Source: Balanoglossus misakiensis
Lineage: Eukaryota; Animalia; Hemichordata
Assembly: GCA_040954595.2 (NCBI GenBank)
Contig: CM082576.2
Span: 10,419,129-10,483,128, forward strand
Reading direction: 5' to 3'
Length of the DNA stretch: 64,000 bases
Within the stretch, counting starts at the first letter, position 1; the number at the start of each line of letters is the position of its first letter. The notes under the pieces are model-generated. The model saw only the letters and a program-made list of their open reading frames with translations, did not search any database and was not told where the DNA came from. The position numbers were made by a program, and so were the translations under genes. Below are positions 1-16,570 of the stretch, piece by piece.

Positions 1-125
1 TGACTACGTGAAGCTTGTTGAAGTGACAGCAGTCTTTAGCAGTCATGTAGTAGATTTGTACAAGTTGGATGATGACATTGGAGCGGTAGTTGTAAATTGA
101 ATTATTTGTCTCCCTTAACATATGA

Positions 126-2923
<2,798 letters not shown>

Positions 2924-4179
2924 CAGGAGGAAGAGGGGAACGTGTGATAGGTGGTGTCAGAAAGCTAAAGAGTAGTGCAGAGCTGGGACTGAGTAGTGCA
3001 GAAACTGGTGGTTTCAGAGTTGGTGTCGTGATTGCGGCCAAGGATTGCTGAATGAACGAACGGGCATTGAGTTCTGAGTCTGAAACATGGAGTTTCAGAG
3101 TAGAATCTGCCGTTGGGGCAATTCTGGCAAAGAGCCAGAGAGTTGTCGTGAAACGGGTTACATAATCAGTGCCATGCCAAGTCAGGAACTTGGGAGGTTT
3201 CAGAAAACGGTAAATGGTGCAGTGCTTCTAGCCTGTCGTGTAAAAGTACTTAATTAATATGTTTTTTGTATGTGTAACTCAAGACTAATGAATGGAGCCA
3301 GATTTGCCAAACTGATACTGATGTAACGAGAATTCAAGATGAAAAATGAACCAAATAACTGCCAAAGACTCGACTATGTAATATATGCTTGATTCACTCA
3401 AAACATGTTTTATTTTCTCTGATTTTGAAATCAGTACGCGATGATGTTGTTTGTGTCGTTACAGAGAACTACAAAATGTGTATGCACAGGGATACTTCAC
3501 CTTTTGAATTCAAGATTTTTTTTTATACTCAGAGCCAAGCTGCTGGTATGGGTGGGAAACTGGGTTACTTACTGATGCAGTTGATCAAAAGGGATTATCT
3601 GTACATAATTACTGAAGCCAATGGCAAATGTAAAATAAAGAAAAGAATAATTTTTCTATTGTGAAAGGATTTGTCAGTGTGTTCTCTTGTGCCATTTGGA
3701 AGAGTGTGTGTGTATCACATCTGTATGTCAACGATTATTGACAAACTTGATAAACATTACAACACGAACGAAAACAAAACAGTTGGAAGAACCTGGTTAT
3801 CTACAAACCAACATGGCAATGGCAGTTAATCATGAGTATTTCTGAAGAATTCTGACTTGATTATGGAAAGAAGGTGCAGAATGTTTTACAATATGTAACA
3901 TGCATCACTGCATGTTCACAGGATTTGCACGGATATATATAACATCAGAGATGTCACCCATATAAAAGTGCATGAAAAAAGCACATGACCCTCTTTTCAT
4001 CCACGATCATTTGACATGAGCTGGCGTCATGCCGTTTGTTTGGACCACAATCTGTGATAGAGGGACTGGGTTTGGACGCGGTCACTGTGGTTTGGAATAC
4101 AGTATGGCATTGTTTTGAAAGGGATACCCCATGACGTCACAGGGGAACCCCATCGTATCCGCGAAGACTTCTGGGAAAA

Positions 4180-6311
4180 ATGAAAATGGCGGCGTCTACG
4201 GCAGCGAACACTAACGCTCCAAGCGGCCAGTCGTCAGAGAAAGGTGGGTATATTAATTCGAAATCTGCCTTCAAATTCTCGCAGATTTAGAGACATGGAC
4301 ATTCTGGTCTTTAGTGTACTGAATAGTTCACAGTTGGTTGCTGGATCCACACGTGTGATAAGAAATGATGTTGCACCTGTACTATGTAGTCTGTTTCGTT
4401 TCATCTGCATCTCGCTCAGTCACCTAGCCATATTCGTGATAATTGTCAGCGCCGGGTTCGAATGAGATACAATACACTCACGATTGGGTTTAGCTATTCC
4501 AGCCCACGTACTTTTCTTTCAACGTACTTCGTCGTTTCCGGGAAAGCCGCCTGGTGAACCATTTACCAAGTAGTAACCTCCATGTAGTAACTAAGGGATT
4601 TCCAATGCAAGAGAGGGTGGGCAGGGGCCGGGTGGTTGTAGGGTCAAGGGGTTATGATTTATGTAGAGTTCATGAACTTGAGATGTAAAAGTATTCTTCA
4701 GAAAGATATAGTTTACAAGGTACTTTCCTGATGAAATTAAAGTTTTTCTTTTATTTACATTTTTTCAGCAGAAAATCCATTGCATTTATCATGGCATGAC
4801 AGTGCATGGATTCCAATTCTTAACCCAAGCAACGTTATGGACTATTTCTCAGAAAGAAGTAATCCTTTCTATGACAGAACATGTAACAATGAAGTCATCA
4901 AAATGCAACGGTTAGGTCCAGAACAGCTCAGGTAACTATAGAAATGACGCAAGTCTTGTTTTATATGATATAGATTATGATTTATTACAATGTGTAACCG
5001 TGAATATATTATTAATAAACCAAGCTGCTGGTGTTCTTTAGGTCAAATAATTTAGTCTCAGTATTTTTATTGTCAACTAAAATGCCAAAGAAATCTTCTT
5101 TGCGTTTTCTCCTTTCAGTCAGATGACTGGATTAGAATACATCTTACTTCACGTCCAAGAGCCTATTCTGTATGTGATCCGAAAACAACACAGACATTCC
5201 TTGAATCAGGTGACTCCGATATCAGACTTCTACATCGTGGCTGGCATCGTTTACCAAGCACCAGAATTGAGTGCCGTCTTGAATGCCCGAATGGTAAGAT
5301 TGGCTTGAAATATACAATAAATACAGACAGTGACGCAAAATAATCAATGCGTACAATTTTTGTCAGAGCAGAGTCAGATTTGCCATACTTGGCAGTGATG
5401 TGATGTCATCTCCTGATGTGCGTGTATGTTGCATGGTGTATTTTAGTGGATATTGTTTTGGTTTTTCAGCAAACAGCCACACATCATATTCAGTCAGCCT
5501 TTGAAGAAGTGTTGTCATATTCCAAATATCATCCATCCAAGGGATATTGGTGGGAGTTCAAAGGCAAAGACAATGAGACAGGTTTGTTAGAAAGTCTTGT
5601 TTTTTGACCGTTTTTGGCATTGTTTCCACACACCGAGAATTTAGCCCTCCTGGTCCCAAATGAAACATCAACACCAAACCAGACAGATATATTCACATAG
5701 GACTCGACTCTCTCTCTCCTGAGGGGAGATCATTTACAAATTCTTAATTTTTCCGTCTTCAGAGAAGACTAAACAGAAGAAGAAAGAAGAAAGGAGCTCC
5801 ATGTTTCAGAGGCAGCGAGTGGATGTTCTGCTTGAAGAACTCACCAGGAAATTTCCACCCAAAGTTATTCAGGTATGGCAGTCTAATTGCTGTTGTTAAT
5901 GACGCCACCATGTGCACCATTGAGAACAAACATCAAAAACTTCCAACAACTTTGTGAGTGCTAGGTTAAGATTGCACGGATCAGAAAGGCAAAAATGGAA
6001 GTAACTGCAGATGAATCTTTCATGATTTAGGCATACTCGTAACATTGCATTTTATTATACATTTTTCAATATTTTTACGGAGAATCTTTATGTCAATGTC
6101 TCAACAGACCAAACCTGGAGAGAAGCCCATTTCACTTGAAAGCAAAGAAATTGAAAACAACAATGACGCAGTCAAGGAGGAAAAATCCGAAGAAATCCAA
6201 TCATCACAGACAAGCAGCTCGACGAGTATACGAAGTTCACTGTCATCGATTCCGCGTAGTGCTTTTCCATCTAGTATGCAACCGCCTGGTAAAAAGAGAA
6301 AACTCAAATGA
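4180..6311 (+). CDS. MED6: Mediator of RNA polymerase II transcription subunit 6
   Basis: ATG at 4180 or 4186; exons ~4180-4243, 4769-4931, 5119-5293, 5470-5581, 5763-5871, 6108-6311. Motifs include [78 protein letters not shown] and [10 protein letters not shown]; basic C-terminus PPGKKRKLK*. Confidence 0.96.
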
Positions 6312-6723
6312 AGCCACTCGCAGATTGTCTTTAATTCTGAGCATCTTCAGTCACTTCCATTTTATACTCAACTATTTATATACAGATATATAGCATGACA
6401 TGGCTATCATGAACTCTCTCTCTCTCTCAAGGTGTTCTCGTTTTGGAGAAATAGACAATACCTAAAGCAACACTGGGAAAAGTTCACATACACACACACA
6501 TGAAGGATATTTGTCAATTGTCAGAAAATTTGATCATAGAGAAAAAATTGCTTCTTGAGAAAAAAACATATCGCTACAAATTGCAATGTAAATTTTATTA
6601 TTTACAAGCAAGTAAACAATAAATATTTATTATTCACTGATAATGTAGAGGGAAATTCATGTTATTTTTGCACTCATATTGCTAAAAATCTGCAGTGAGC
6701 AGCTTTTTTGTAAAGCCACAAAC

Positions 6724-6741
6724 TGGCCTCTAGAGGGCGCC
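6724..6741 (+). promoter_or_regulatory. CTCF-like motif between MED6 and TFB2M 3' ends
   Basis: TGGCCTCTAGAGGGCGCC matches the CTCF core with one deviation. Confidence 0.4.
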
Positions 6742-7082
6742 ACACAACTCTTGGTGATGAAAATAGTGTGCACTGTGTCTATGTCACCACTTGCAGAAAA
6801 TGTGTACTGCTCCAAAATTCCCAAGATTCTTCTGCACGTACTGTTTGAAAAAATGCTTCTTGTGCACACGATATAATTTCAAAAGTGTTGTTGTTTATTA
6901 CAACAGGTTTATTTACACAATTTTTTTGCCAAAAACAAATACCTGTACTCAAAATACCAAAACCTTGTATACATTTCTTGCATGCTTTTCCACGGGGTGG
7001 CTCTAAACTGGATTTCATGAAAATGCAGAAAATCCAATTTCCATCTGTAAATATTTCATAAACATTATTGTTCTCTTTCGCA

Positions 7083-10059
7083 TCAGAATGTAAATTTTGA
7101 CTTCGTTATCCAATAAAGAGGCTGACTAGTGTTGTCTTTCTCGATGAACTCCACAGCTTCTTCCCTCAGCCAGGAATTCTCAAATCCGTTGTTCCGACAG
7201 ATCTCAAGGAAAATTTTCAGGTACATTTCTCCAGAAACATCACCAGTCCTCGTTTTCTCATTGAAGCCATACTTGGTGATTATTGAGCCATAACCTGGTA
7301 TCCAGTTTCTGGGATAGAGAAAAAATGTGTAGGATTTGTGAGGTCTACTCGAAATTGTAGTTTCCTCTGTGAAGGTCTGAAACGTAAAAAGATTTTAACT
7401 TTATCATTTCATGCTTTGGAAGCAGATCCTTGTTTTTTATCAAACCTACCAAATGTGTCAGAAAAGCACACTGGAACCCACATCACACTGCATCTCATAC
7501 ATGTACTTACTCTAGTGTCTGCATGAGCTTATAGCTTTTATTTGTAGTCAGTTGTTTGCACAGGTACAGGAGCAAATCATAGTCTTGTGGACACAAACTA
7601 TAACTGAAGAAATCCTTTTTGGGGGTTACCCTGACGACATAGACATCCTGGAAAAAGAGAAACATGGATGGATTAAAGTAAAATGAATATACATGTACAA
7701 CACCAGCTATGTGGTGCTGACTACAAAACTGGTTCAGTTTAACTTAGGGAAGGGTGAGACCTCTAAAAGTTACACCCAAGCAGGAAGAAGCAGGAAGACA
7801 TTTCTTTTTTCCCCAGTACTTCACGCCTGTCTAAATCAGAGTTACAGATGTACTCACAGGTATAGCTATGTCACTGGTCTGTTCATTTTCTGATGTGTTG
7901 TTATTTTGCTGGATGTATTTCCACAGTTGTGGGCAGAATGATGTACGGGGTTCCTACAAGAGACAAATGTAAGTTGAGAAGAATTTTACAAGTTAAAATA
8001 ACAATGTAGTTGACGTAGATGCTGATTAATGAGAACAATGGAAAAACTTAGCTAACATCAGTGGAAAGTGTCAAAGACAAACATTTGATACAACCCAACC
8101 TTTGTCACACCAATGGGTAGAATAGTGGACATATGTCAGAAATGGAGATGATCGATTACCGGTTCGCAAACATATTCCAACAAACATTTCTGCTTCAGAC
8201 AAAGATGACATGAAATATACGGAGAGACTGTATGGTATTGAAAGCCAAAGAAGTCAGTATTAGATTCCAGGCCTGTAACAAACACACTGGATCGAGAGGA
8301 AATACTTTTTCATCTGCATAATATTGATTGCACAGTTTATGGACACAGACAATAAAAAACCAGTTTCACTAGCATAATGAGGTTTTTTTCTTATTTCTAT
8401 GACTTACCACATGCAGCAATTGTATGTCACAACACATGTTGTACAACAAACTCAGCAGTTGGTATTTCCTTCCTGGTGTCTGGGTTAAAACCTGCACAAG
8501 AAGTAAAGATTAGAATTTTTCCTCTTTTCAATATCTGGATTTTTATTTCATCGAGTGCTTGCATGCCTTTCTAAAAACCTTTGATAGCATCTGGAACGAT
8601 ATGCAATATTACATTTTACGAAATCTTACCTGGTAATGCTTTTCACTGATGACCAGGATACTTTCAATTCTTCCATATTGAAACCACGAATACCGACTAA
8701 TGAGACTGTAAACATTACGCAGAAGCAGAGATCGCTCACTCTCTCTGTAGGCCAAGATCTGAATAACTTTCAACACTGGATCTGAAAGTGAATTTCATCA
8801 TGGAAAGAGACTTTAGTGGCTCAACTTTCCAAGAAGTTTGTTTTCTGCATCTGGTTCATGTAACTCAAGAAAGTTTAATACAAATTCTGTTATTGGCATT
8901 ATGACATCATTTCATAGTACTTTTAAGTTTTTTTTAGTGTGTGGTCATTATATTTTCACATCAGGACTTGCCTGTGCTTTGGGAGTTCTCATCCATACAT
9001 GGCCATATTTTGTCAATAGTCTCTTTTGACAAAAGAAAGGCTTCATGCGAGCCATTTTGAAAAAAAAATTAGCCAACAAGAGGATCTACCTGATTCCCAA
9101 GATGCAGGTCCAACACCAACAGTTTCGCATAGTTCTTTAGAAGTTAAGGCAGGCAACACAACTTCTCCGTTTCCAAGAGGATCTAATCTTGTTGCATCAC
9201 CGTAAACACACTGCAATCTCTCAGGGTAACGTTTGGCTACGTCTTCAATAAATGGCAGCAGTGCCTTCTCATTTTCAAGGGCAGCTACTCTTGGAGCACC
9301 AGCCAGCGCCAGCTCTTCAGTTAAAAGTCCAACCCCTTGACAGAATATTAATAAAATATTAATAAAATATGGTAATGAATTGGACAACTTTCCCAGAGTG
9401 GTGTGAGAACTGAGGATCATGTTTCTGACCAGTCCAGAAAATGAGTAGCAAGCTGGGTTTACTTAATTTGGCAAGCCATGTACGAGCTGTCAAACATTGA
9501 AGTGAGCTACATGACCCAATTGGCGATGGTTTTCACAAGATGTGTTCTTTTAATAAAGCGTAATTATGAAAAAAAAACAGTAATGAAAGTGTGTCACCAT
9601 TTATTTTGTCAACAAAAAAGCAAGAATGACAAAGTCTGACTCACCTGCATTGCACTCAAGTATCAGTGATTTTTCATCTCGTACAGATCCATTCGGCCAC
9701 ACTTTATCAATGATCTTTTGAGCCACATTTCGATCCAGAATGTACAACTGCTTTGTGCGATTCTTCTTCGGCCGAAAACATGTATATTTTTTACTTAAAG
9801 CATCCAGGTCTTCTCTGTCTTTGAAATCATATTGAATTGTCTTCTTTTTCTTTTTTTGTGGTGTCGTTCCTTTGTGTCTATCCGTCCTTACGTGAAATCT
9901 ATTGTTACACGTCACAGACAAAACTGGTCTTTGAAGCGTGCTGCAAACAACAGTTCTGATAAATGACTTATTGGTCCACTTCTGGTGAACACTATAACTT
10001 GCCAAACCATTGTACTCCCTGAAACAAACTCTTGCACCATTCAAGAACACCTTCTCCAT
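7083..10059 (-). CDS. TFB2M: Mitochondrial transcription factor B2 / dimethyladenosine transferase 2
   Basis: Six minus-strand coding exons plus a final exon: ~10059-9646, 9336-9090, 8781-8630, 8490-8407, 7953-7858, 7647-7511, 7308-7083. ILECNAG-VGLLTEELALAGAPRVAALENEKALLP, CVYGDATRLDP and FQYGRIESILVISEKHYQ align with the TFB2M pattern (LECNPGPGIL...VVALESDKTFIP...FGRIEVNMFIGEKEFQ). Basic N-terminus is compatible with a mitochondrial presequence. Confidence 0.85.
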
Positions 10060-11619
10060 GACTTGATTCTTGGGTAAATCAAATGTCACCTGTCAAAAAT
10101 GTACAAAAGTCAAGATTAATATTTTTTTTTAAAGCAGGAAAATTTAGTTTTAAGTCATCACGCAATACAATTTGCCGTCTTATTGGTAGAGTAAATCAAA
10201 TATGCAAATTAAGTACTCCTAATTATGCAAGCCACGCCTATTTAAATATAACTGCATCTATGCTCTAATAATGCACCAATCATTATTGGTTCAGTAGTTT
10301 TTCAAGCAATCAGTGGGACGGATATGAAGACAGACGTCAACATAGTACGCACAGACAGACAGTAGCGACACTGGTCACTGGACGTACACGTGCGCATGTT
10401 TCGGCTGGATATGCTGAATCTGATCATGGACGTAAAATGATCTGATTGAGACCATCATCCGTACATGAGTCAATATTATTATAATAAAATACAAATGGTG
10501 TATACAAGCAAGCATACGAGTACGGGATATACCTGATGTTCATGATCTCTCTGAATTAACCGTTTTTCTTTAGAGACAGTGTCCGATCACGTCGTCGAAT
10601 ATCATGCGTGTGCCTACCGAGTACAGGAGTACGTACTCGACAGCATGCGTGTGATGAACAGCTGATCGGTGAAATGAATCAAGTCAATATTACCCAGCAC
10701 CCATTGCGTGCTTCCATCGCCGTCATAATCCGTAATCAAGGCGAGAAACTGATCAGTTGAAATTTATGATACAACGCATGAAGCTGTAACAATAAAACTG
10801 CAAGCAAAATTCATTTTTCTTTGATTTATTTATCGTTAATACCACAGGAACATCGATATCGCGGTTTTGACAAGCTTGTAGTCGGATCTCAAAAGTAAGC
10901 TGGTGCTGTTGGCAATGAAATCGACTCCTGCATTTGAACACGAGTCGGAATAAGAAGTCAACCGTAACGTGAAGTTGTTCTTTCGACGGAGCCCACGACA
11001 TCGACGTCAGAGACGGGGACAAATCTTCCGCAGACGAATACTGGGGGCGTCGCAGGTGGCGAAATTTTCGGCTACCAACCATCCATGTTTTCATCACCCG
11101 AAGTCGATGATTATATCGACATCTTGGAAACGGTAGGTGCCAAATTCCCGAACGGTATCCGGATCTGAACTGTGAACACGATTCTGAGAATGAGATGCGT
11201 GCGGCATGTGTGTGATGAACATCACTACAACAGTGATTGCATGAGTATATACTCGTATGACAATTAAATGCAGCTCATCAACTATTCGCCAGGGTTGTTT
11301 TTCTCACAATTGTACGATGGATGTAAACCGTCTGTACGGCGGCGTTTCTGGCATTAGCCAGTACACACATTCTACAGATATGTTGTAATCAAACAACCAA
11401 CATGTTTTGGAATACATGGTCTGGCCATCCAGAAAAAAAGTTGAGACACAAATTTGTAGTACATGTATCTCCAAACTTCCGGTTCCTAAGTTCACAAACC
11501 AACATTTCTTTCTCCTTTTTTTTGAATAATAACCAGCTCAAACGGAAAGTGACGAATTTTGCGTAAAAATCAGCAACCACTGTGGATAATACAGAGCAGA
11601 CGACAAAAAGTTGGTCACC
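10060..11619. promoter_or_regulatory. Divergent TFB2M/DCAF5 promoter and 5'UTR region
   Basis: Head-to-head genes with CpG-rich intervening DNA, partial NRF1-like GCGCATG/GCATGCG motifs and an ETS-like ACTTCCGG at ~11475. Confidence 0.6.
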
Positions 11620-14600
11620 ATGCATGCCCACAGGAAGAAATCACAACAAGTTTCTATTCTGTCATATGTGTATGAGAGACAGGAGACAAGCAAGGCTGCA
11701 GCACCATGGCAGGTGGCAGGCAAACTATTCGAACGATGTAAGGGCCTTCACAAGAGAGACTTGATAAGTCACTATGGATGCGTCAACGCTATCGAGTTTA
11801 GTCATAATGGAGGGGAACTCTTAGCTTCAGGTATGTCGATAAGTTCTCATCAACTGGTGGGGTTGAAATTTTGCATACCCTGTTTAATTAAATTTTACTT
11901 GGTTCTGTAATTAGTTTGTTGATCAATAAACACAATTAGCATTATTGTTATTATTAAGTGTTTTGATTTGTTGCAAACAGATCAGGAAACGGCATGTGCA
12001 GAAATTTACATGTTTTTAAAAAGTATGACACACTAGGATTTGCTAAAAAAGACCCATACAGTGGTGCTATAACACTGGTAGTTTAATTAAGCTGGTAGCA
12101 CAAACAGGCTTAATTTAGCTCCACCACACATACAGGCTCAAAACCACTGTCCTCAACTGACCTTGTTCATTGATCTGCCCCAAACACCACTTTGTAATAT
12201 ACCATACAGGAAATTACATCCCAGCCATTTTCCATCATGTAAATTGGTTTAATAAACTTGCCCTGATGCATTGCTTTTATCTGTGGATGAAGATGATACT
12301 TGATAGTCAGCAAGCCAATGGATGTATAGACTTGGTGTAGTGATATGTGTGTACATAAATACCTCGACCATATGTACATTGTGTTCTTCATTTCAGTGTC
12401 TATTTTTAAACTGATCTAGATTTCTATTGCCCTTTGTCAGTTTAACAATCCATTGAGCTCAGAGAGAATGTAAACACTTACAAACATCATTTTGTTGTTT
12501 TGGTATGGTAACTACTACTCACCAGTCCACTCCCAGAAAAAAATAAAATGAAGGATTCAATGAGGAAAACTATTTTTCAGGGGTATTCATGTGTCTAATT
12601 TCAACAGATTTTCTAGTGTAAATACTGATGGCTATAATGTAATGTTCGTATTGTCAATCTTCCAGGTGGAGATGACAAGAGAGTGCTGCTTTGGAATGTG
12701 GAGCAGGCGATGTCCAATTTTGGAACGCCTGTTGTGATGAAGGGAGAACATCACTCGAATATCTTCTGTCTGGCATTTGATGGCAGCAATAAAAAAATAT
12801 TCTCATCGGGGAATGATGAGCAAGTCATTTTACATGACATTGAAAGGTAAAGACTTCAGTTGCCTTGCAAAAATTTGATGAGAAAAAAAACAGTATATCA
12901 AAGTTATCATATGTGCAGATAGAGGTTATTTTACAAGACTACTTTATAAATAGCTGTAGCCTTTGGAATTTTCCTGTAATTAAGAAGCCAGCTTCTAAAT
13001 ATCTTAGTGCGTAAATGGCAAATAAAATTGTTTTCTAAAATATATATTTTTTTATTCAATGCCAAGTAAGTTATTTGATGCCAAGCCTAAACCGCTGACT
13101 TCATTTCAGGGGTGAAACTCTGGACGTGTTCCTTCATGACGATACCGTGTACGGCTTGGCTGTTGACCCCAACAACGACAATGTGTATGCCAGCGCATGC
13201 GATGACGGAAGAGTTCTGATATGGGATATTCGTGAAAGCAGACAAGGTAGGTTTGGTGACATGGAATACGCATCATGATTTTTCCCAAAATTTGCTGGAG
13301 GAAAGAGTGTCTATTCCCAAATTGTTGGATATTAGTTATTTCTTCTCACAGTTGACATTACAGCCAGGATAAAGCGTGTACGATCTTTGACTTTTTCAGA
13401 TCCATTTCTTTTGGCAAACTACTCATCACCCTTCCATTCGGTTGTGTATAACCCTGTTGAGCCAAGATTCCTAGCCACTGCCAACTCAAATGAAGGTGTG
13501 GGTTTGTGGGATATCAGAGCACCAGGAAGGTATGCAAAATTCACAGTGTTGTGTTGTTGTTGTTTTTTTGTTTATTTTTAGGGGGGTAGCAATATCTGGT
13601 GGTTTGAAATAACTCTACCTTACATGATGTAATTTACCATTTTCGGGAGTACTAAAGCAGAAAAATATTTTCAGGGAATATTTGACTTCACATCTTGAAA
13701 CATGTTTTTAGCAAAGAAAGACCAATCTATATCAAACCCTTAGTATTAAAATTACATTTCCAAACACGGTTCCCATTGCCCCCTCCAGCCATATAACAGT
13801 TGTTAAAAGAGTTGGAAAGTCTGTGAAAATCTAAATACCACTGGTAGTACTTAAAAATTAGTACATCAGAAAAATCATGCTACCTGCAGAACTAATAGAT
13901 TGTTTTATTTTCCCCAGCTGCTTAATGCGTTATGGTGGCAGCATCACACAGCAGAGTGCAATGAGTGTCAAATTCAACTGCCGAGGTGACCGCATACTGG
14001 CACTGAGAAGACGCCTGCCACCGGTTCTGTATGAGATACAGAGCAGGACACCCTTGTTTCAGTTCGACCACTCGGGATACTACAACTCATGTACAATGAA
14101 GAGCTGCTGCTTTGCAGGAGACAGAGATCAGGTAATGATGCCGTTCTTCATGTGCGGTGGGGGGTTGTGGCTTTAGCTCGGAAGTAGATGTCAGGAGTTT
14201 AAAAAAACAGGTGGTAGAATTGATGGAGCAAAACTATGAAATTAAGATGGGTGTTCATTTTTTGGAAGTATAGCCTACAGGAAAAGGCACAGTAGCTGGT
14301 TGTTTTTTGGCTGTTTACCGACTGGAGCTTCTTATAGTCATCCTCCAGTAGCGATACTTGAAATGATTATTTGTTATTTTCTTTCAGTATGCTTTATCTG
14401 GTTCAGATGATTTTAACCTCTATGTGTGGAAAATTCCTGATGAAACATTAGAAAGTAGGTATCCTTCTATTCGTTTTGCAGTCTTAGATTACTCTCTGTT
14501 TTTCGTTCTTTTACAACATACTAATGAATATGCACAACTGTAAAATGGAACAGTTTCATAACTATGCAAATGCATCTTTCTCTTCAAAGTTCCGTGGGTG

Positions 14601-16570
14601 AGTGAAGCACACATGGTTTTGAAAGGTCACAGGTCAATCGTAAACCAAGTCAGATTCAATCCAGCCAATCACACAATCGCTTCCTCTGGAGTTGAAAAGG
14701 TCATCAAAGTAAGTTGGTTACTTATGGAGAGACTATGTGTTATTCTCAGTCAAGGAAGATAGTTCAGTACACCTCTTTCATATATGTATTTGCATGCAGA
14801 CATTCTAGTACCAACGTGGCTGGCTTACCTCTAATGTATGACAATGATGTACAGCAAACATCAGCCCTCCCCCCCCCAAAAAAAAAGAACGTTCTGTAGA
14901 CATCTGTAGAATTCTGCAGCCTGAAGCTTTTCTACTGAAGTTTCCATGGGTGGCTATAGATTTCTGATTTCTGATTTCTGTGTAGTTTTTGACCCATTTT
15001 CTTTTCTTTCTACATTCAGATCTGGAGCCCCTTCACATTGCCAGGTGGTGTTGGCAACCAGGACCCGGACGAGGTGGAGAGAAGCATGTACTCCCACGAG
15101 GAGTACATTGATCTGGTTCTGAACAGCGGCCAGGGACTGTCGCACGACTACACGAATCAGTCGACGCAGGAGGACTCCCGGATGATCGCCTTTTTCGACT
15201 CGCTGCTGCAGAGGGAGGTGGAAGGCTGGAGCAGCCTGAGTGACTCCGACGACAGTCTCATGAGCGAGGAAGGCTTCTTCGTGCACCTGATGGACAGAGA
15301 GCGCAGCGACGCGGCCGACCGAAGCAGCGACTCGGGCAGTAGTCGGAGCGACGACAGCGACGTAACACCCGACAGCTTGAACATCCGGGTGGACAGTCAG
15401 AGTACGAGTCAAGGCATCGCTGAACTCTCCAGGCTGTTCAGTGTGGGCGGCAGGAGACAGCAGCAAAATCAGAACAGTCGCGTGGCGAGCAGTAACGCAG
15501 GGTCTGAATCACAATCGTGCATGGACATTCCGTCTTTGGGAATCTTGTCGTCGGCACCGTCGGGCCCCGATTGTAACCACACTTCTTCCTCGTCGTCTTC
15601 AGCCACTCTCCGCAGACGGGGGAACGTGTTAGTGTCAGAGGACAGGGACAGCAGTAGCGATTCTGATCAGGAGTGCAACGGTAACCAAAGTCGTAAAACG
15701 TCGGAAATTTCCCCGCCAAATCAGAGGCAATCGAATCAGAGTGATAGCGATGACAGTGGCAGCTCTAGAGGTCTGCCGAGCATGCCATCGTCACTGGACT
15801 ACAATCACCTGATCAGTCTGCGACAGAGGATAGCCTGCAGGCGTGCCTTGAGAGAGAAAATGAACAGGAATTCGGCCAGAAATCAAGAAAGTAACGACGA
15901 AGATGCATCCAGGCGGATTGACGTCGCCACATCACAGAACAGACCAGCGACTTCGCACATGCGCAGCATTCAAGTGCTCAGACACAGGATTTATCAGGAG
16001 GACGGGGAAGGCAGCGATGTTGTGAACACCAGTGACAGTTTGCCCACGATGAGTGGGGCGGCCAGGGACGCTAGTGAGGCCGACGGAAGTGAACGCAACT
16101 GTCCAAGTGAGAGAACTGGACCACCAGCGGGAGTTGGGAAAGCCAGTACAAGTGAAGGACCCAGTGATACGTCACCGGCACGCAGCAAAAAAGGGGACAG
16201 TGGACAGGGAGACTCTTCCGTTCGTAAGAGAAAAGCGCAGGACACCCCGGAAGGTGTTTCATCAAGGACTTGTCTCGCAAAACCGAGAGACTGTGTCACC
16301 AAACCAAACACTGGTACAGGCCAGAGTTCGACGACAAACCCTCCCTCTGCCGCAGCCTCTGCAGCTGCGAACATGCCGTGTCCAAGTGCGAGCGGCATGT
16401 CGAGTAACGGCGACGTCACTTCCTCGTCGACAACCACCCATGAAAACCACTCGAACGATACTAACTTACAGAACTTCCGCAGGTTCAAAAACCACGCTGC
16501 CAGATCCAAACGGAGGAATTATAGGAAAACGTCTCCGAGTAGAGACGATGCTGCAGACAGTGATGATTGA
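11620..16570 (+). CDS. DCAF5: DDB1- and CUL4-associated factor 5 (WD40 repeats plus long low-complexity C-terminus)
   Basis: Exons ~11620-11830, 12666-12846, 13110-13246, 13400-13529, 13918-14130, 14388-14454, 14590-14708, 15020-16570. Motifs include HYGCVNAIEFSHNGGELLASGGDDKRVLLW, GEHHSNIFCLAF, YYNSCTMKSCCFAGDRDQYALSGSDDFNLYVW, LKGHRSIVNQVRFNP and SHDYTNQSTQEDSRMIAFFDSLLQREVEGWSS. Confidence 0.95.

Noticed and set aside
10651-10752. Box C (GTGATGA) and box D (CTGA) spaced like a C/D snoRNA
   Set aside because: No terminal stem, no recognisable rRNA antisense element, and not clearly intronic.
14459-14589. Perfect U12-type donor GTATCCTT in a DCAF5 intron, with a branch-like TTTCATAAC
   Set aside because: It gives the wrong phase for the acceptor at 14589. 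The U2 donor gtaggt 4 nt upstream keeps the frame and matches the ortholog better. A rescue acceptor at 14602 would delete conserved residues.
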